Assembly (NCBI GenBank): GCA_963845515.1
Contig: CAWJSR010000018.1
Location: 1 to 39,645, forward strand
Length of the DNA: 39,645 nucleotides
Origin: an uncultured delta proteobacterium
Lineage (GTDB): Bacteria > Myxococcota > Myxococcia > Myxococcales > Anaeromyxobacteraceae
Reading direction: 5' to 3'
Position numbers and translations under genes: made by a program. The notes beneath the pieces were generated by a model that did no database searches, was not told the origin of the DNA, and saw nothing but the letters and a program-made list of their open reading frames with translations. Shown piece after piece: positions 16,660-27,937 of this stretch; positions within the stretch are counted from its first letter, which is position 1; each line of letters starts with the position of its first letter.

Positions 16660-17801
16660 CTCGGGTCTGCCTGGTGGTGGCTGCCGACATCACGATCAGG
16701 GCCTTCTTGCTGGAGCACATTCGCGCCCTCGCAGGGCGCTACGACGTCACCGTGGTGGCGAACACGAACGACCCGGCGCTCCTGCGCCGGCGTGGCCTCC
16801 CTCTCGACGTCACCCCCGTCGTGATCGAGCGGGGCATCTCTCCGCTCCGCGACACGCTGGCGCTCGTGGCGCTATGGCGGCTGTTCCGCGCCAGTCGATT
16901 CCAGGCAGCCCACTCGGTAACCCCGAAGGCGGGGCTCCTGACGATGCTCGCCGGCGCCGGGGCGCGGGTCCCCATCCGCATCCACACCTTCACGGGCCAG
17001 GTATGGGCGACGCGGGCGGGCTTCGCGCGCTGGGTCCTGAAGCAGGCGGACCGAGTGATCGCGCTCGCCGCGACCCACGTGCTCGCCGACAGCTGGTCCC
17101 AGCGAGACTTCCTGATCGCCGAGGGCGTGGTCGCGCCGGACAAGATCGGGGTCCTGGGCGCGGGCTCGATCAGCGGTGTCGATCTCGGGCGCTTTCACCC
17201 CGACCCGGAGGCGCGGGCGCGGGTCCGCAAGGAGCTCGACCTGCCGCTCGAGGCGGTCGTGTTCCTCTTCCTCGGCCGGCTGAACCGGGACAAGGGCGTC
17301 CCGGGGCTCGCCAGGGCATTTGCCGACGTGGCAGGCCGCCACCCGGACGCGTGGCTGCTCGTCGTGGGGCCGGACGAGGAGGGGCTGACACCGGAGATCG
17401 AGCGCGCGGTGCAGCAGGTCTCAGGCCGCGTGCGGATCCTGGGTTTCACCGACAAGCCCGAGCAGGTCATGGCGGCGTCGGACGTTTACTGCCTGCCGAG
17501 CCACCGTGAAGGCTTCGGCACGGCGGTCATCGAGGCCGCCGCTACCGGCCTGCCGGCCGTCGCCTCGCGGATCTACGGGCTGACCGACTCCATCCTGGAC
17601 GGCGTGACGGGGCTGCTTCACCGACCGGGCGACGCCTCCGATATCTCCAGGCTTATGAGCAGGCTTGCCGGCGAACCCGCGCTCCGTACCGAGATGGGGC
17701 TCCGGGCAAGGCTGCGGGCCGAGCAGGAGTTCTCGGCCGAACGGGTCACGTCCGAGCTGCTGCGATTCTACCAGCAGCTTCTCTCCGCCGACGCGACCTG
17801 A
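16656..17801 (+). CDS. Family 4 glycosyltransferase (CapM-like)
   Basis: HSVTPKAGLL, HTFTG, LGRLNRDKG, PSHREGFGTAVIEAAA; ATGA overlap with the upstream gene. Confidence 0.9.
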   Translation: MTRVCLVVAADITIRAFLLEHIRALAGRYDVTVVANTNDPALLRRRGLPLDVTPVVIERGISPLRDTLALVALWRLFRASRFQAAHSVTPKAGLLTMLAGAGARVPIRIHTFTGQVWATRAGFARWVLKQADRVIALAATHVLADSWSQRDFLIAEGVVAPDKIGVLGAGSISGVDLGRFHPDPEARARVRKELDLPLEAVVFLFLGRLNRDKGVPGLARAFADVAGRHPDAWLLVVGPDEEGLTPEIERAVQQVSGRVRILGFTDKPEQVMAASDVYCLPSHREGFGTAVIEAAATGLPAVASRIYGLTDSILDGVTGLLHRPGDASDISRLMSRLAGEPALRTEMGLRARLRAEQEFSAERVTSELLRFYQQLLSADAT

Positions 17802-18702
17802 GTTCCATCAGCGCGGCGAGCGGGCGGGCGCCGGCCATGCCGACGAGGCTGACTGTCAGCCCCTGGCGGACGCTCCCCTCCCGCAGTAGGCGGGTGGCAT
17901 AACGGAGTCCGGCGCTCCGACGACCTGCCAGGAAGTGAAGCAGCGCAGCGATGCGCAGCTCCGCCTGGTAGCGCGCTGGGGCCAGCCGCCGCATCGCCTC
18001 GCCGTGGCGTTCTACCAGTCGACCGTGCGAGCGCGCGCTGTCGGGCGCGTCGACCAACAAGCTCACGGCGCGCACGTTGCTCGTGCGCACGGGCGCGTCC
18101 GCGTGCGCTACGGCCACCACGTCCGGGTAGGTGCGCGTCTTGAATCTCTTGGCGAAGTCGAGGTGGTAGAGGTCCTCGAACGAGCGGTCGTCCGCGAAGG
18201 GCAGCTCTTCGAAAGTGGACCGTCGAATGCAGTTGGTGAAGTTGGTGCGCCCGCCCAGCGACGCCGTCCAGCGGATGTATCCCTCGTAGTCCCACACCCC
18301 CTCCACGAGTGCCGGCTCCGGGCTGCCCCCACCCTCGGCGACCCGAAACATGAAGGCGAGGCGACCGATGTCATCCTCGACCGTGCGGAGGCGGCGTCGC
18401 ACCATGCTGACCGCTTGCGGGACGAGCTCATCGTCGCTGTCGAGCAGAAGCACCCAATCGCCGCGGGCTGCCGCCACGCCGGTCTTACGCGCGGGCGAGA
18501 TCCCCCGGTTTTGCGCGTGGGTGAACAGGCGAAGGCGCGGCTCCGCGTACGTCGCTACGATGGGGGCGCAGGATTCGCGCGAGCCGTCGTCGACGATGAC
18601 CATTTCCCAGTCGCCGTCGTCCTGGCGCAGGACGCTCTCGATTGCCCGGCGGAGGAGCACGGGGCGGTCGTAGACGGGCGTGACGATGCTCAGGACGCTC
18701 AT
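17746..18702 (-). CDS. Family 2 (GT-A) glycosyltransferase
   Basis: SIVTPVYDR, IVDDGS, NRGISPAR, LLDSDDEL. Confidence 0.88.
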   Translation of the reverse strand: MSVLSIVTPVYDRPVLLRRAIESVLRQDDGDWEMVIVDDGSRESCAPIVATYAEPRLRLFTHAQNRGISPARKTGVAAARGDWVLLLDSDDELVPQAVSMVRRRLRTVEDDIGRLAFMFRVAEGGGSPEPALVEGVWDYEGYIRWTASLGGRTNFTNCIRRSTFEELPFADDRSFEDLYHLDFAKRFKTRTYPDVVAVAHADAPVRTSNVRAVSLLVDAPDSARSHGRLVERHGEAMRRLAPARYQAELRIAALLHFLAGRRSAGLRYATRLLREGSVRQGLTVSLVGMAGARPLAALMELRSRRRREAAGRIAAART

Positions 18703-20075
18703 GGTGTGCTCCCCTCGGGAGGCTCTGGTGCGCCAGTCCGCAGGATCTCCCGGAAGATGATTCGTGTTGCCCAGCCGTACAACAGCGCCGAGGAGCTCCA
18801 CGCCAGCAGGTAGGCCGCGGCGAGCCCGGACGCCCCGTGCGCCGACGCCCAGCGCCCCGTCGCCCCCACGAGCAGCCCGCACCACAGGGTCATGATGGCG
18901 AGGTGGAGCCAGATGCGCCCGTGCGAGTAGAGGGGTTGGAAGAGGGCGACGCTGAGCGTCTCGATCACGGCTGCGGCGAGCAGCAGCCCGAGCGCCGAGC
19001 GACCGTGCGCGAAGCCGCGTCCGTAGAGGCCGAGCAGCCACGGCCCCAGCACGAAGAGCGCCGCCGCAGCGACGCTGGCAAGCGCCGTGTTGGCCGCCAG
19101 GACGCGCGCGAAGGTGCGCCGGAAGCCGGCCGCGTCGCGCCCTCCCCGCAGCCGGACGAGCAGCGGCGTGGAGACGCGGGTCACGAGCGCCGGCACGAAG
19201 AGCACGACGATCCTTATGGTGTTCGCGGCGTTGAAGGTGGCCAGCTCGCGCAGGCCGCCGTCCTGGCGGACGAGCAGCGCCGTCGCGCCCGTGGTGGCGA
19301 GCCCGCCAAGGACGCCGGAGAGGGCCGCAGGGAGCGCGAAGCCGGCGAGCACCTCCAGCTCGCGGCCCATCCCCGCGTAGGAGATCCGGACGCCGTGGCG
19401 CGCGCACTCCCGGTGGAGCGCGCGCTGGTGCTGCGCCCATGAGGTGGCGGCGGCGACCCCGAGGGCGAGCGCCGCGCCGGTGAGCCCAAAGCCCCAGGCG
19501 CCGAGCGCCAGCAGGGCGGCGCCGAGCAGCCCCTGGACGAGGCCGATGCGCGCCAGCGCCGGGAAGGCGCTGAAGCCGGCGAGCGCGCCGAGCTGGAAGG
19601 AGTTGAGCGTGAAGAAGAGCACGTAGAGGCCGCCGAGCCGGAGCTGCGTGACGATCGCCGGCGCGTGGAAGAGGGCGGCGGCGACCGGCGCGCCCAGCAC
19701 CAGCGCGACCCCGAAGAGGAGCCCGGTCGCGACCGTCGCGGCCGTGCAGAGCCCCAGGATCCGACCGGTCCGCGCGGGGTCGCGCGCGCTCGTCTCGGCG
19801 ACGAACTTCGTGGCAGTGGTCCCGAGCCCCATGCCCGCGAGGCCGCCGAGCGTCGCGATCGTAGACTGGAGCAGGGCCAGCTCGCCGAACCCTTCGAGCC
19901 CGAGGAGCCTTGCCGCGACGACGGACGAGAGGAACACGCTCCCCTGCGAGAAGACCGCGCCGGCCCCTGCCCAGAGGATTCCCGAAGCGACCCCGCTGGC
20001 AGGGGCGGCCTCCTCGCTCGGCGCCTCGGCGAGCGGGGGTGGGCCGGCGACGGCGAGCCCCGGATCGCCGGTCAA
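18699..20075 (-). CDS. wzx: Wzx-type oligosaccharide flippase
   Basis: About 12 hydrophobic segments, ARLLGLEGFGEL and GLGTTATKFVA typical of MOP-superfamily flippases; polysaccharide context. Confidence 0.85.
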   Translation of the reverse strand: MTGDPGLAVAGPPPLAEAPSEEAAPASGVASGILWAGAGAVFSQGSVFLSSVVAARLLGLEGFGELALLQSTIATLGGLAGMGLGTTATKFVAETSARDPARTGRILGLCTAATVATGLLFGVALVLGAPVAAALFHAPAIVTQLRLGGLYVLFFTLNSFQLGALAGFSAFPALARIGLVQGLLGAALLALGAWGFGLTGAALALGVAAATSWAQHQRALHRECARHGVRISYAGMGRELEVLAGFALPAALSGVLGGLATTGATALLVRQDGGLRELATFNAANTIRIVVLFVPALVTRVSTPLLVRLRGGRDAAGFRRTFARVLAANTALASVAAAALFVLGPWLLGLYGRGFAHGRSALGLLLAAAVIETLSVALFQPLYSHGRIWLHLAIMTLWCGLLVGATGRWASAHGASGLAAAYLLAWSSSALLYGWATRIIFREILRTGAPEPPEGSTP

Positions 20076-20770
20076 GCAGGCCCTTCCTTCGCCGTCATGA
20101 GGAAGTTGAGTGAGTAGGTCCAGTCTCGGTTGTGGTAGCGGCGGTCGATCGTGAAGCGCCGGGAGAAGAGGCGCGAGAGTTTCGCGGGCGAGAAGCCCGG
20201 GTAGCCGACCTCCCAGTAGTGGTGGCCCGCCTGGAGCTCCGGCTTGTCCCCGGCGATGCGCGCGAGCGGCGGGAGGCTCAGGTGCGCCGCGTACTCACGG
20301 ACGCGCTGCGCCCAGGTGAACTTCCACTCGAGGTGGCGCCCCCCGTACGGCAGGTAGACCACCGCGTGCTTCGCGACCCGGGCCAGCTCGTCCACGACCC
20401 GGTCGAAGTATGCGAAGGGCAGGTGCTCGAGCACGTGGGACGCGACCACGACGTCGAACTGCTTGTCGGCGAAGGCGCGCATGTCGTGGACGCTGCCCAC
20501 GACGTCGGGGGCGAAGCGCGCGTCGATGTCGAGCGTCGTGACCTCCAGCCCGAACTTCTGCCGGAGGATCATCGGCTCCAGACCGACGCCGACCCCCACG
20601 ATCAGCACCCGACTGGGGTGGTACTGGAGCACGTCGCGCTGCTGGTAGTACGCGTTGACGAAGTTGGTCAGTGAGAGCGAGCGGGCGTATTCCTCAGCCT
20701 CCACGAGCATCGGGTGTGGCTCGGGGACTGCTACGACGTCACTCGCATCGCTCCTGCTCTTCCGCGCCAT
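20072..20770 (-). CDS. Class I SAM-dependent methyltransferase
   Basis: VLIVGVGVG motif I, TTLDID, FDVVVASHVLEHLP; start could be a downstream Met. Confidence 0.82.
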   Translation of the reverse strand: MARKSRSDASDVVAVPEPHPMLVEAEEYARSLSLTNFVNAYYQQRDVLQYHPSRVLIVGVGVGLEPMILRQKFGLEVTTLDIDARFAPDVVGSVHDMRAFADKQFDVVVASHVLEHLPFAYFDRVVDELARVAKHAVVYLPYGGRHLEWKFTWAQRVREYAAHLSLPPLARIAGDKPELQAGHHYWEVGYPGFSPAKLSRLFSRRFTIDRRYHNRDWTYSLNFLMTAKEGPA

Positions 20771-20806
20771 GGATTCAACCAGCTTAACAACCGATCGGAG
20801 CCTTGA

Positions 20807-22270
20807 ATGGTGATCTTCAGGAGGTCCCTGTTTGGGGCGGTCGCGCTGGCGCTCGCCGTGCCGGCGCTGGCGGACGTGGCCAGCGTCAAGGACTTCGGCG
20901 CCGTCGGCGACGGAGTCGCCGACGACACGACCGCAATCCAGGCGGCGCTCGACGCCGTCGCGGGGCGCGGGGGCGGCACAGTCCTCGTGCCGGCGGGCAC
21001 CTACGCCGTTGCGCCGTCCGGCACGACGGCCTGGCTGAAGGTCGGGAGCGACACGACCGTCCAGGGGGCAGGCGAGTCGGCGACGGTCTTCAGGGTGAAG
21101 AAGGACGCCGGCGACTACCGTACGATCTTCGGGCAGGCGGGCCCGTCCGCGGTCGTCCGCAACGTGCGGTTCGCCGGCTTCCGGATCGACCAGAACGCGG
21201 CAGGGAACACGACGGCGGACGTGCGCGCGGGCGACGGTTCCCGCCACCAGTACGCCATCTACTTCACCGCCTTCGACGGCGTGGTCGTCGAGGGCGTGGC
21301 CGTGGACCCGGCGACGGGAGTCAACACCTTCGCGCTCAACGGCGTGAACGCGCGAGGCGCGGTGATCCGGAACTGCCGGATCCGGTTCGTGAAGGGACGC
21401 ACCCTCGACGCCAGCGGCAGGTTCGACAACTCGGCCGTCTATGTCCACGGGGAGCGGTTCGTCGTCTCGGCGAACCGGTTCGAGAACGGCGGGAAGCCGG
21501 GCGACGCGGTGAGCGCGATCGAGATCCACGGCGGTCCGGGCGGGGTCGTGAACGGCAACCAGGTGAGCGGCTACTTCGCCGGTGTGCAGGTCGTCAGCGA
21601 GGGCAAGACGGAGCCCGTGGTCGCCTCGAACGACTTCGCCATCGTCGGCAACGCCATCACCGGCGCCGGGGCGGGGATCCAGCTCTGGGGGCTCACCGGG
21701 CGCGCGCTTCGGAACGTGACCGTCTCGGGAAACGTGATCTCGGTCGGCGCCTTTGCGCTCCCGTCGATCGCCTACGCCGGCATCGCGCTCAAGAACGTCG
21801 GCGACGGACAGGTGCAGGGCGATCACGACGGGATCGTGATCGCGGGCAACGCCATCGCCATGGCTCGCGAGCGCGGCGCACGCTACTCGTTCAGCGAGAC
21901 CGCCGGGATCCTGGCCGCCCCGCAGGGGGACGTCCGCAACCTCGTCATCGCCGACAACGTCATCCGGGACGCGCCCAGTCAGGGGCTCCGGGTCGAGTCG
22001 AAGACCAGGACCGTGAGGGGGCTCGTCGTCCAGGGCAACGTGATCTCGGACGCCGGACGAGACGTCGCTGCCGGCCCGTACCGGATCGGCATGATCTTCG
22101 CCGGGAAGATCACCGGCGCCCAGGTGCGGGGCAACGTCCTCGTCGACACCGACTCCCCGAGGAGCGGCGTGACCGGCATCCACTCCTCCGCCGTCTCACC
22201 CGGGTCTGATCTGCGGCTGGAGGCGAACACGGTCCCGGTCGCCGACCCCACGGCAAACGTCCCCGACTAG
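20807..22270 (+). CDS. Secreted right-handed beta-helix protein (pectate lyase 3/GH28-related)
   Basis: Signal peptide ending [27 protein letters not shown]...[12 protein letters not shown]; repeated (V/I)xGNxI beta-helix coils. Confidence 0.85.
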   Translation: MVIFRRSLFGAVALALAVPALADVASVKDFGAVGDGVADDTTAIQAALDAVAGRGGGTVLVPAGTYAVAPSGTTAWLKVGSDTTVQGAGESATVFRVKKDAGDYRTIFGQAGPSAVVRNVRFAGFRIDQNAAGNTTADVRAGDGSRHQYAIYFTAFDGVVVEGVAVDPATGVNTFALNGVNARGAVIRNCRIRFVKGRTLDASGRFDNSAVYVHGERFVVSANRFENGGKPGDAVSAIEIHGGPGGVVNGNQVSGYFAGVQVVSEGKTEPVVASNDFAIVGNAITGAGAGIQLWGLTGRALRNVTVSGNVISVGAFALPSIAYAGIALKNVGDGQVQGDHDGIVIAGNAIAMARERGARYSFSETAGILAAPQGDVRNLVIADNVIRDAPSQGLRVESKTRTVRGLVVQGNVISDAGRDVAAGPYRIGMIFAGKITGAQVRGNVLVDTDSPRSGVTGIHSSAVSPGSDLRLEANTVPVADPTANVPD

Positions 22271-23709
22271 CGCGGCGGCTCAGTGCGGCGGCGGCGCGCC
22301 AACCACGCCGCGAGGGCGAGCGGCAGCAGCACGTACCAGACGATCCCTCTCGCGACGTTCGAGGACTCGGCCCGGGGAAGGATGATGGTCACCCCCATCA
22401 GCGTCGCCTCGATCGCCATCCCGATCACGACGGGCTGACCCCTGCACCAGCCGACGGCCGCGCTGAGCGCGAGGCCGAACAGGAACATGATGATGGGGGC
22501 CCCCGCCCATGAGAAGTTGGCGAAGGCCTCCGCGATCATCGAGTAGCCTACGCTGCCGCCCAGCGCGAACTGGACGGGGTCGATACGGGCTATGAGCCAC
22601 TGAGTGTAGGTGCCGCCCCGCACCGCCGGGTGAAGCTCCCCGAAGACGTTTGGCACCGCGGTGGAGAGCGCCAGGAGGTAGCCTCGTCCTCCGTCGTATG
22701 GACGGACCGCCGGCACGAGGTCGATGGTCTCGGCGATCGTGAGCATGGTCCCGCCCATCTCGCGCATGGCGGGGACGAAGAGCGGCTCTCCCCCCGCGGT
22801 CACCAACGCCAGCTCCCTGCGCCGCTCCGAAAGGCTCTTTGCCCGCACCTGGGCGATCAGCGGAAACAGGACCAGGCCACCGACCGCGAGCACGACGAGG
22901 GTGGCGCGCCGCACGGGCGCTACGAGGACGTGGTGCACGAGGAGCATCGGGGCGAGGAGCAACACCGCGGCCGCCCGCGCCCCCACCAGGAGGCTGGCGG
23001 CGGCCGACAGGCTCGCGAGCGCCCAGCCGAGGTGACGCCATCCGGGCCGCTCGGCGTAGGAGGCGAAGACCATGAGCAGGGCGGGCGGGAAGGATGCGGC
23101 GAGGATCCCGGACCAGTTCTGCAGGCCGACGCTGGCCTCCCGCTGGTAGAGCGCCATGTACCCGCCGGATGCCGCCAGCCGCAGCGACTCGAGGGTCTGG
23201 TAGGCCATCGCGGGGGCGGAGGCGGCGAGGAGCAGCACGCCGAACGCCCGGATCGCCCCGACGCGCGCCAGGGTCGCCTCGGCGTCCTCGGAAGGCACGC
23301 TCGCGGCGGCCGGCGGCCTCCCGCCGAGGAGCGCGCCAAGATGGAAGGCCGCGACGGACGCGGTCACCAGGAAGACCGCGCGGAGCGTCGTGGATGGCGA
23401 GAACTGGCCGTCGAGCAGCCCGCCGGGGAGGAGGCCAAACGCCAGGAGGATCATCTGCCCGCCGCTGAAGACCAGCAGGGCGAGCAGGAAGACGGCGTAC
23501 GCGTCGACGAACCGCCCGGTGCAGAGGTGCCAGCTCCAGTAGGCCCAGATCCCCAGTGCGACGAAGGCCACGCAGCCGGCCTGGATCCAACGCTCGTCGT
23601 CGCCGGTCCCGCCCCAGGCGACCGCGAGCGCGATGAAGGCGACGACGGCCACGCCCAGGTGAGCGAGGAAGATCCACGGCGCCAGCGCGGCGGCGCGGCT
23701 AGGCGGCAC
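22267..23709 (-). CDS. wzy: Wzy-type O-antigen/polysaccharide polymerase
   Basis: About 11-12 TM segments, GAR motif, periplasmic loop with [19 protein letters not shown] start overlaps the upstream GT stop. Confidence 0.78.
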   Translation of the reverse strand: MPPSRAAALAPWIFLAHLGVAVVAFIALAVAWGGTGDDERWIQAGCVAFVALGIWAYWSWHLCTGRFVDAYAVFLLALLVFSGGQMILLAFGLLPGGLLDGQFSPSTTLRAVFLVTASVAAFHLGALLGGRPPAAASVPSEDAEATLARVGAIRAFGVLLLAASAPAMAYQTLESLRLAASGGYMALYQREASVGLQNWSGILAASFPPALLMVFASYAERPGWRHLGWALASLSAAASLLVGARAAAVLLLAPMLLVHHVLVAPVRRATLVVLAVGGLVLFPLIAQVRAKSLSERRRELALVTAGGEPLFVPAMREMGGTMLTIAETIDLVPAVRPYDGGRGYLLALSTAVPNVFGELHPAVRGGTYTQWLIARIDPVQFALGGSVGYSMIAEAFANFSWAGAPIIMFLFGLALSAAVGWCRGQPVVIGMAIEATLMGVTIILPRAESSNVARGIVWYVLLPLALAAWLARRRRTEPPR

Positions 23710-24819
23710 CGTAGAGCTCCTCCAGCGCGCGCGCGCTCGCGACGACGTCGAAGTCGCTGGCGCGGACCCGGGCGAGCGCCGCCAGGGGTTCCACAGCCCG
23801 GGGGGCCCGCGCGAGCCGCAGCGCCGCTTCCGCCCATGGGTCGCGCCGCGCCCGAGACCGAGCCGAGTCATGTGCTCCCCGACGACGGTCGCCTCGACCG
23901 TCACCGCGTCCGAGACGAGGCACGGGAGCCCAGAAGCCTGCGCCTCGACCAGGCTCAGCGGCATGCCCTCCCACAGAGAAGGGAAGACGAAGAGGTCCAT
24001 GGCGGCCAGGAGCCGTGGCACGTCGGCGCGCGCGCCGCAGAGCAGGACCCGCTTCTCGAGGCCAAGCTCGCCGAGCCGCTTGCGAATCGAGCTCATGAGC
24101 GGTCCATCGCCGACGAGGAGGAGCATCGCCCGAGGCTCGCTGCGCGCTGCGACCGCCATGACGTCGAGCAGGAACGCGTGGTTCTTCTGAGGCGATAGGC
24201 GCCCCACGTGGCCGAGGACCAGGGCGTCCGCTGGGATTCCCAACTCCCTCCGGACCTCCGCGCCGATCTCGGCGCCACCCAGGTAGCCGGTCAGGTCGAC
24301 CCCGCAGTGGATCACGCTCACCTTCGGGTCCGACTCCCAGCCAGTGTCGAAGAGCGCCGTCGCGGCTATCCTGCTCACCGCGACCTCGGCGGTCGCGTTC
24401 GTCCGAAGGAACCATCCGGCCAGCCCCAGGTACAAGCGGCGGCGGCGGCCCGCCGTCGCGTCGCCGCGCCGGGTGTCGAGGTGACTGTGGGCGATCCGGA
24501 TGGGCACGCCGGCCGTCCGGGCGATCGCGAGCACTACGCCGCTGAAGTGGTGCACGTGGCTGTGGACCACATCGTAGGGACCGAAGTCGCGCAGGACGCG
24601 GCGAAGGCGGCCGGGGTACGCGAGCGGCTCGGCGATCGGGCAGACGTGAATGCGGCAGCCGTGAGCCCGGACGGCGGCGTCGAACGCCCCTGGCCTCGGG
24701 TCGTGGACGAGGAAGTCCATGCCGACCCTGGCGCGGTCGATGTTGCCGGCGACGCCCGCTAGCCAGGACTCGACCCCGCCGAAGTCCAACCGCCCGAGGA
24801 CTTGGAGGACCCGGGTCAT
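23699..24819 (-). CDS. Family 4 glycosyltransferase (EpsF/CapH-like); apparent frameshift near 23840
   Basis: LDFGGVES, DVVHSH, HVGRLSPQKNH, PSLWEGMPLSLVEAQASG; the tail WAEAAL...LEELYG is in another frame. Confidence 0.85.
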
Positions 24820-24876
24820 GCGCCGCCCCGCGTGGCACGCGTGCAGGCCGGGATGGGTGTGGTATCGCTCGAAGCC

Positions 24877-25575
24877 ATGCGCCCCCTGGACCTGCTCCCG
24901 CCTTCAGTAGACCGTGCCATCCGCCTGCTCCGGCTCCGGCTTCGGTTCCCGGGCCGAACGATCAACTCGCCACACATCGCCTCGTCCGTCACGCTCGGTC
25001 GCGGCTGCCGCATCAACGCGGGAGTACTGGTCGCTCCAGGAGTCTCCATAGGCGACTACACGTACGTCAACGACGGGACCACGGTCGGCTCGGGCACGAT
25101 AGGGCGCTTCTGCTCGATCGGCTACGCCTGCGGGGTCGGGATGCACGAGCACCCCCTGGACTTCCTCTCGACGTCGCCCCACCTCTACGGCGGCCAGAAC
25201 CTCTTCGGCGCCAAGGCCATCTGGGACGACTTCCCCAGGCCGCCGACGATCGGTAGCGACGTCTGGGTGGGGAGCAACGTCACGATCCTGCAGGGGACCA
25301 CGGTGGGGCACGGCGCCGTGGTCGCCGCGGGGGCGGTGGTGACGAAGGACGTCCCGCCCTACGCGATCGCGGTTGGGGTGCCGGCCCGCGTCGTACGGCA
25401 CCGCTTCTCGCCGGAGGTGGTGGCCGAGCTGCTGGAGCTGCGCTGGTGGGACCTCCCGCTGGAGCGGATCCGCGAGCTTCGAAACGTGTTCCTGGCCGGA
25501 GCGCGCTGGCGCGAGGCGCTCGCCTCGACGCGTGCGTCCGGATCGACTTGGAGCGCAGGACCGGGCCACGCCTAG
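24877..25575 (+). CDS. CatB/Vat-like hexapeptide O-acetyltransferase, probably polysaccharide-modifying
   Basis: IGDYTYV, IGRFCSIG, IGSDVWVG, VGHGAVVAAGAVVTKDVPPYAIAVGVPARVV; alternative start 24853. Confidence 0.85.
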   Translation: MRPLDLLPPSVDRAIRLLRLRLRFPGRTINSPHIASSVTLGRGCRINAGVLVAPGVSIGDYTYVNDGTTVGSGTIGRFCSIGYACGVGMHEHPLDFLSTSPHLYGGQNLFGAKAIWDDFPRPPTIGSDVWVGSNVTILQGTTVGHGAVVAAGAVVTKDVPPYAIAVGVPARVVRHRFSPEVVAELLELRWWDLPLERIRELRNVFLAGARWREALASTRASGSTWSAGPGHA

Positions 25576-27822
25576 TCGTACGTGTACTGGTAGTGATACC
25601 CGCCGGCCGCGCCGCCGCGGCGGCGGAGATCGACGCCGTTGAGCACGAAGCCGTCGATCCGGACCCCTCCGTGCGCGAAGCGGCGCTGCGTCATGAGTAC
25701 CTCGCGCATCGGGTGGCGCCCCACGCGCAGGACGCAGAGCACCACGTTCGCGTGGGCGGCGGCGAGCGCAGCGTCGGTCACGGCCAGGATCGGCGGGGTG
25801 TCGATCAGGACGAGGTCGTACGCGGTGCCCAGCTCGACGACGAGCCGGGCGAAGCGCTCGCTCTCGAAGAGGACCGACGGGTTGGGCGGACGCCGGCCGC
25901 CGGCGAGGAAGTCCACGCCCGGCATGACCTCCTTGCGGATCACGTCCTTCCAGGGGGAGTCCCCGCCGAGCACCTCCGAGAGCCCCGGCGAGCGCCCGCC
26001 GCCGAGGATGGCGTGCAGCCGGCCCCGGCGTAGGTCGCCGTCGACCACCAGGACGCGCTTCCCACCCTCCGCGAAGACGTGGGCGAGGTTGCAGGTGACG
26101 AAGGACTTTCCCACCCCCGGCGCGGGGCCGGTGACGGCCACCATGTTGGAGGGGGCGTCGAGCAGGCCGAACTTGAGGCTGGTGCGGAGCGACCGGATGC
26201 TCTCGATGGCGACGTCCTCCGGCGCGTGGTCGGCGAGGACCTTCCCACCCTGCCCCGCCTCCCGCTGCCGCTCGCTGAGCGGGATGATCGCGTGGACCGG
26301 GATGCCGGTGACGCGCTCGATCTGCTCGGGGTCCTCGACCCCCTGGTCGAGCGCCCGGCGACCGAGCGCGGCGCCGATGCCGCCGGCCAGGCCGAGCACC
26401 AGCGCGAGCGCGAGCGTCGCCCCGCGCCGGGGTGAGACCGGCTCGTCGGTCGGCACGGCGGGATCGAGGATGCGCACGTTGGCCAGCATCCCCGACTTCA
26501 CGATCCGCAGCTCCTGCGCCTTGTCGAGGAGGCCGACGTAGAGCTCGTTGGCCACCTTGACGTCGCGCAGCAGCCGGGCCGACTCCAGCTCCGCCTCGGG
26601 CAGCTTCTGGAGCCGCACCTCGACCGCGCCGCGATCCGCCTCGAGCCGCGCGACCCGGGAGCGCGCCGCCGCCACCACGGGGTGCGCGTCGGTGAAGCGC
26701 TGCCGCATGGAGCCGAGCTCGAGCCTCGCCTCCGCGATCGCCTTCTCGACGTCAGCCGACCTGGCCACGGCCGCCTGCGTCTCGAGCGTGACGTCCACGC
26801 CGCCGCGCGCGCTTGCGGTGCCCCTCGAGCCTCGACTCCGCCGCGTCCAGCTCGGTGCGAAGCGTCGGGAGCTGGGCGTCGAGGAAGGCCAGTGTCTGCT
26901 CCGCCTCGGCGCTGCGGCGGTCCATGTTCTGCCGTACGTAGGCCTGCGCGAGGGTGTCGAGGATGGCCGTGATCCGCGCCGGCACCGGGCCGTCCGTGGA
27001 GAGCTGGAGGATGCCGGTCTTCTTCCCGCGCTCGGCGATCCGGACCTCGCGCTGGAGCGCGGTGACCGCCTTCTCGCGCGGCGTCCGCCGGAGGAGGAAC
27101 TCCGTCCCGGGGCGAGCGCGCAGCTCGGAGACGTAGAGCTCCACGCCCTCGGCCTTGACGAGCTGGCCGACCGCGCCCGAGGCGATCACCTTCCCGTCAC
27201 CCCGCAGCTCGAACGTCCCGGCCTCGCCGGCCACCAGCACGGGGGGGCTCGCCTTCCAGCCGTTCCCCAGCTCCAGCCGGGAGAGCGAGATCCGCTCGCC
27301 GCCCCAGCCGTACCGCCGGAAGCCCGGGAGCGCGCGAGCCGGCTCCTCGCCGTCGTGTCGGCGAGCGAGCGCCCGCCCCACGATCGGAAAGCGGCGCGGC
27401 TCGGCGCCGATGTCCAGCTTCAGCGCGTCGACCACGGCGCCGACGAGGGTACGCGACCTGAGGATCTCGACCTCGGTCTCCGAGGGGGAGACCTCGGAGA
27501 AGATGCTCGACAGCTCGCCCAGCGCGCCGCCCTTCTTCTTCTCCTCCACCTGGACGAGGAGGTCGGCGCGGTAGACGGGGGTCGCGAGCCAGACGTAGGC
27601 GACGCCGGCGGCGAGGGCGGCCCCCGCGATCGCGGCGACGAGCCAGCGATCCCCGCCGATCACCGCCACGTACTCACGCAGCCAGGAGACCTGGCCGTCC
27701 GGTTCGAGCGGCGCGTGCGGGAGCGGAGCCTTCCGGCCGTGGAGCGGCTGGACCTTGGCTGGGCTCCCCCGCTCTGGAGCGGGTCCTTCGGGGATGGGTG
27801 CCATGGGGTTCGCCTTGACCAT
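25572..27822 (-). CDS. wzc: Wzc-type polysaccharide co-polymerase/tyrosine autokinase; apparent frameshift near 26810
   Basis: TM plus TPVYRA, ETEVEILRSR, YVRQN, second TM, Walker A GPAPGVGKS, VDGDLR, LIDTPP, C-terminal Tyr cluster YHYQYTYD. Confidence 0.9.
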
Positions 27823-27937
27823 GTTCACACCCAACTAACTACGGATCCATCCATAGGCCGCGACCCAATCGGGGATCAGGAGGGGTTGAGCCAGGGGTGG
27901 CGGGGGCTTCAAGGACCCCCGAAGGACCGGCGCGGGC

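Noticed and set aside
14565..17801. 1078-aa apparent fusion protein
   Set aside because: Antisense of the pglC-like gene plus two separate GT4 genes joined by a frameshift.
22267..24819. 850-aa glycosyltransferase-Wzy fusion
   Set aside because: The GT's natural C-terminus and stop (23699) are in another frame; an indel near 23840 explains the fusion.
15318..25575. Shufflon or invertase-driven inversions explaining the strand switches
   Set aside because: No matching inverted repeats at block ends and no recombinase seen; overlapping stops argue for a stable arrangement.
24877..25575. Chloramphenicol/streptogramin resistance gene (catB/vat)
   Set aside because: The fold is shared, but its position inside a glycan cluster favours a sugar O-acetyltransferase.
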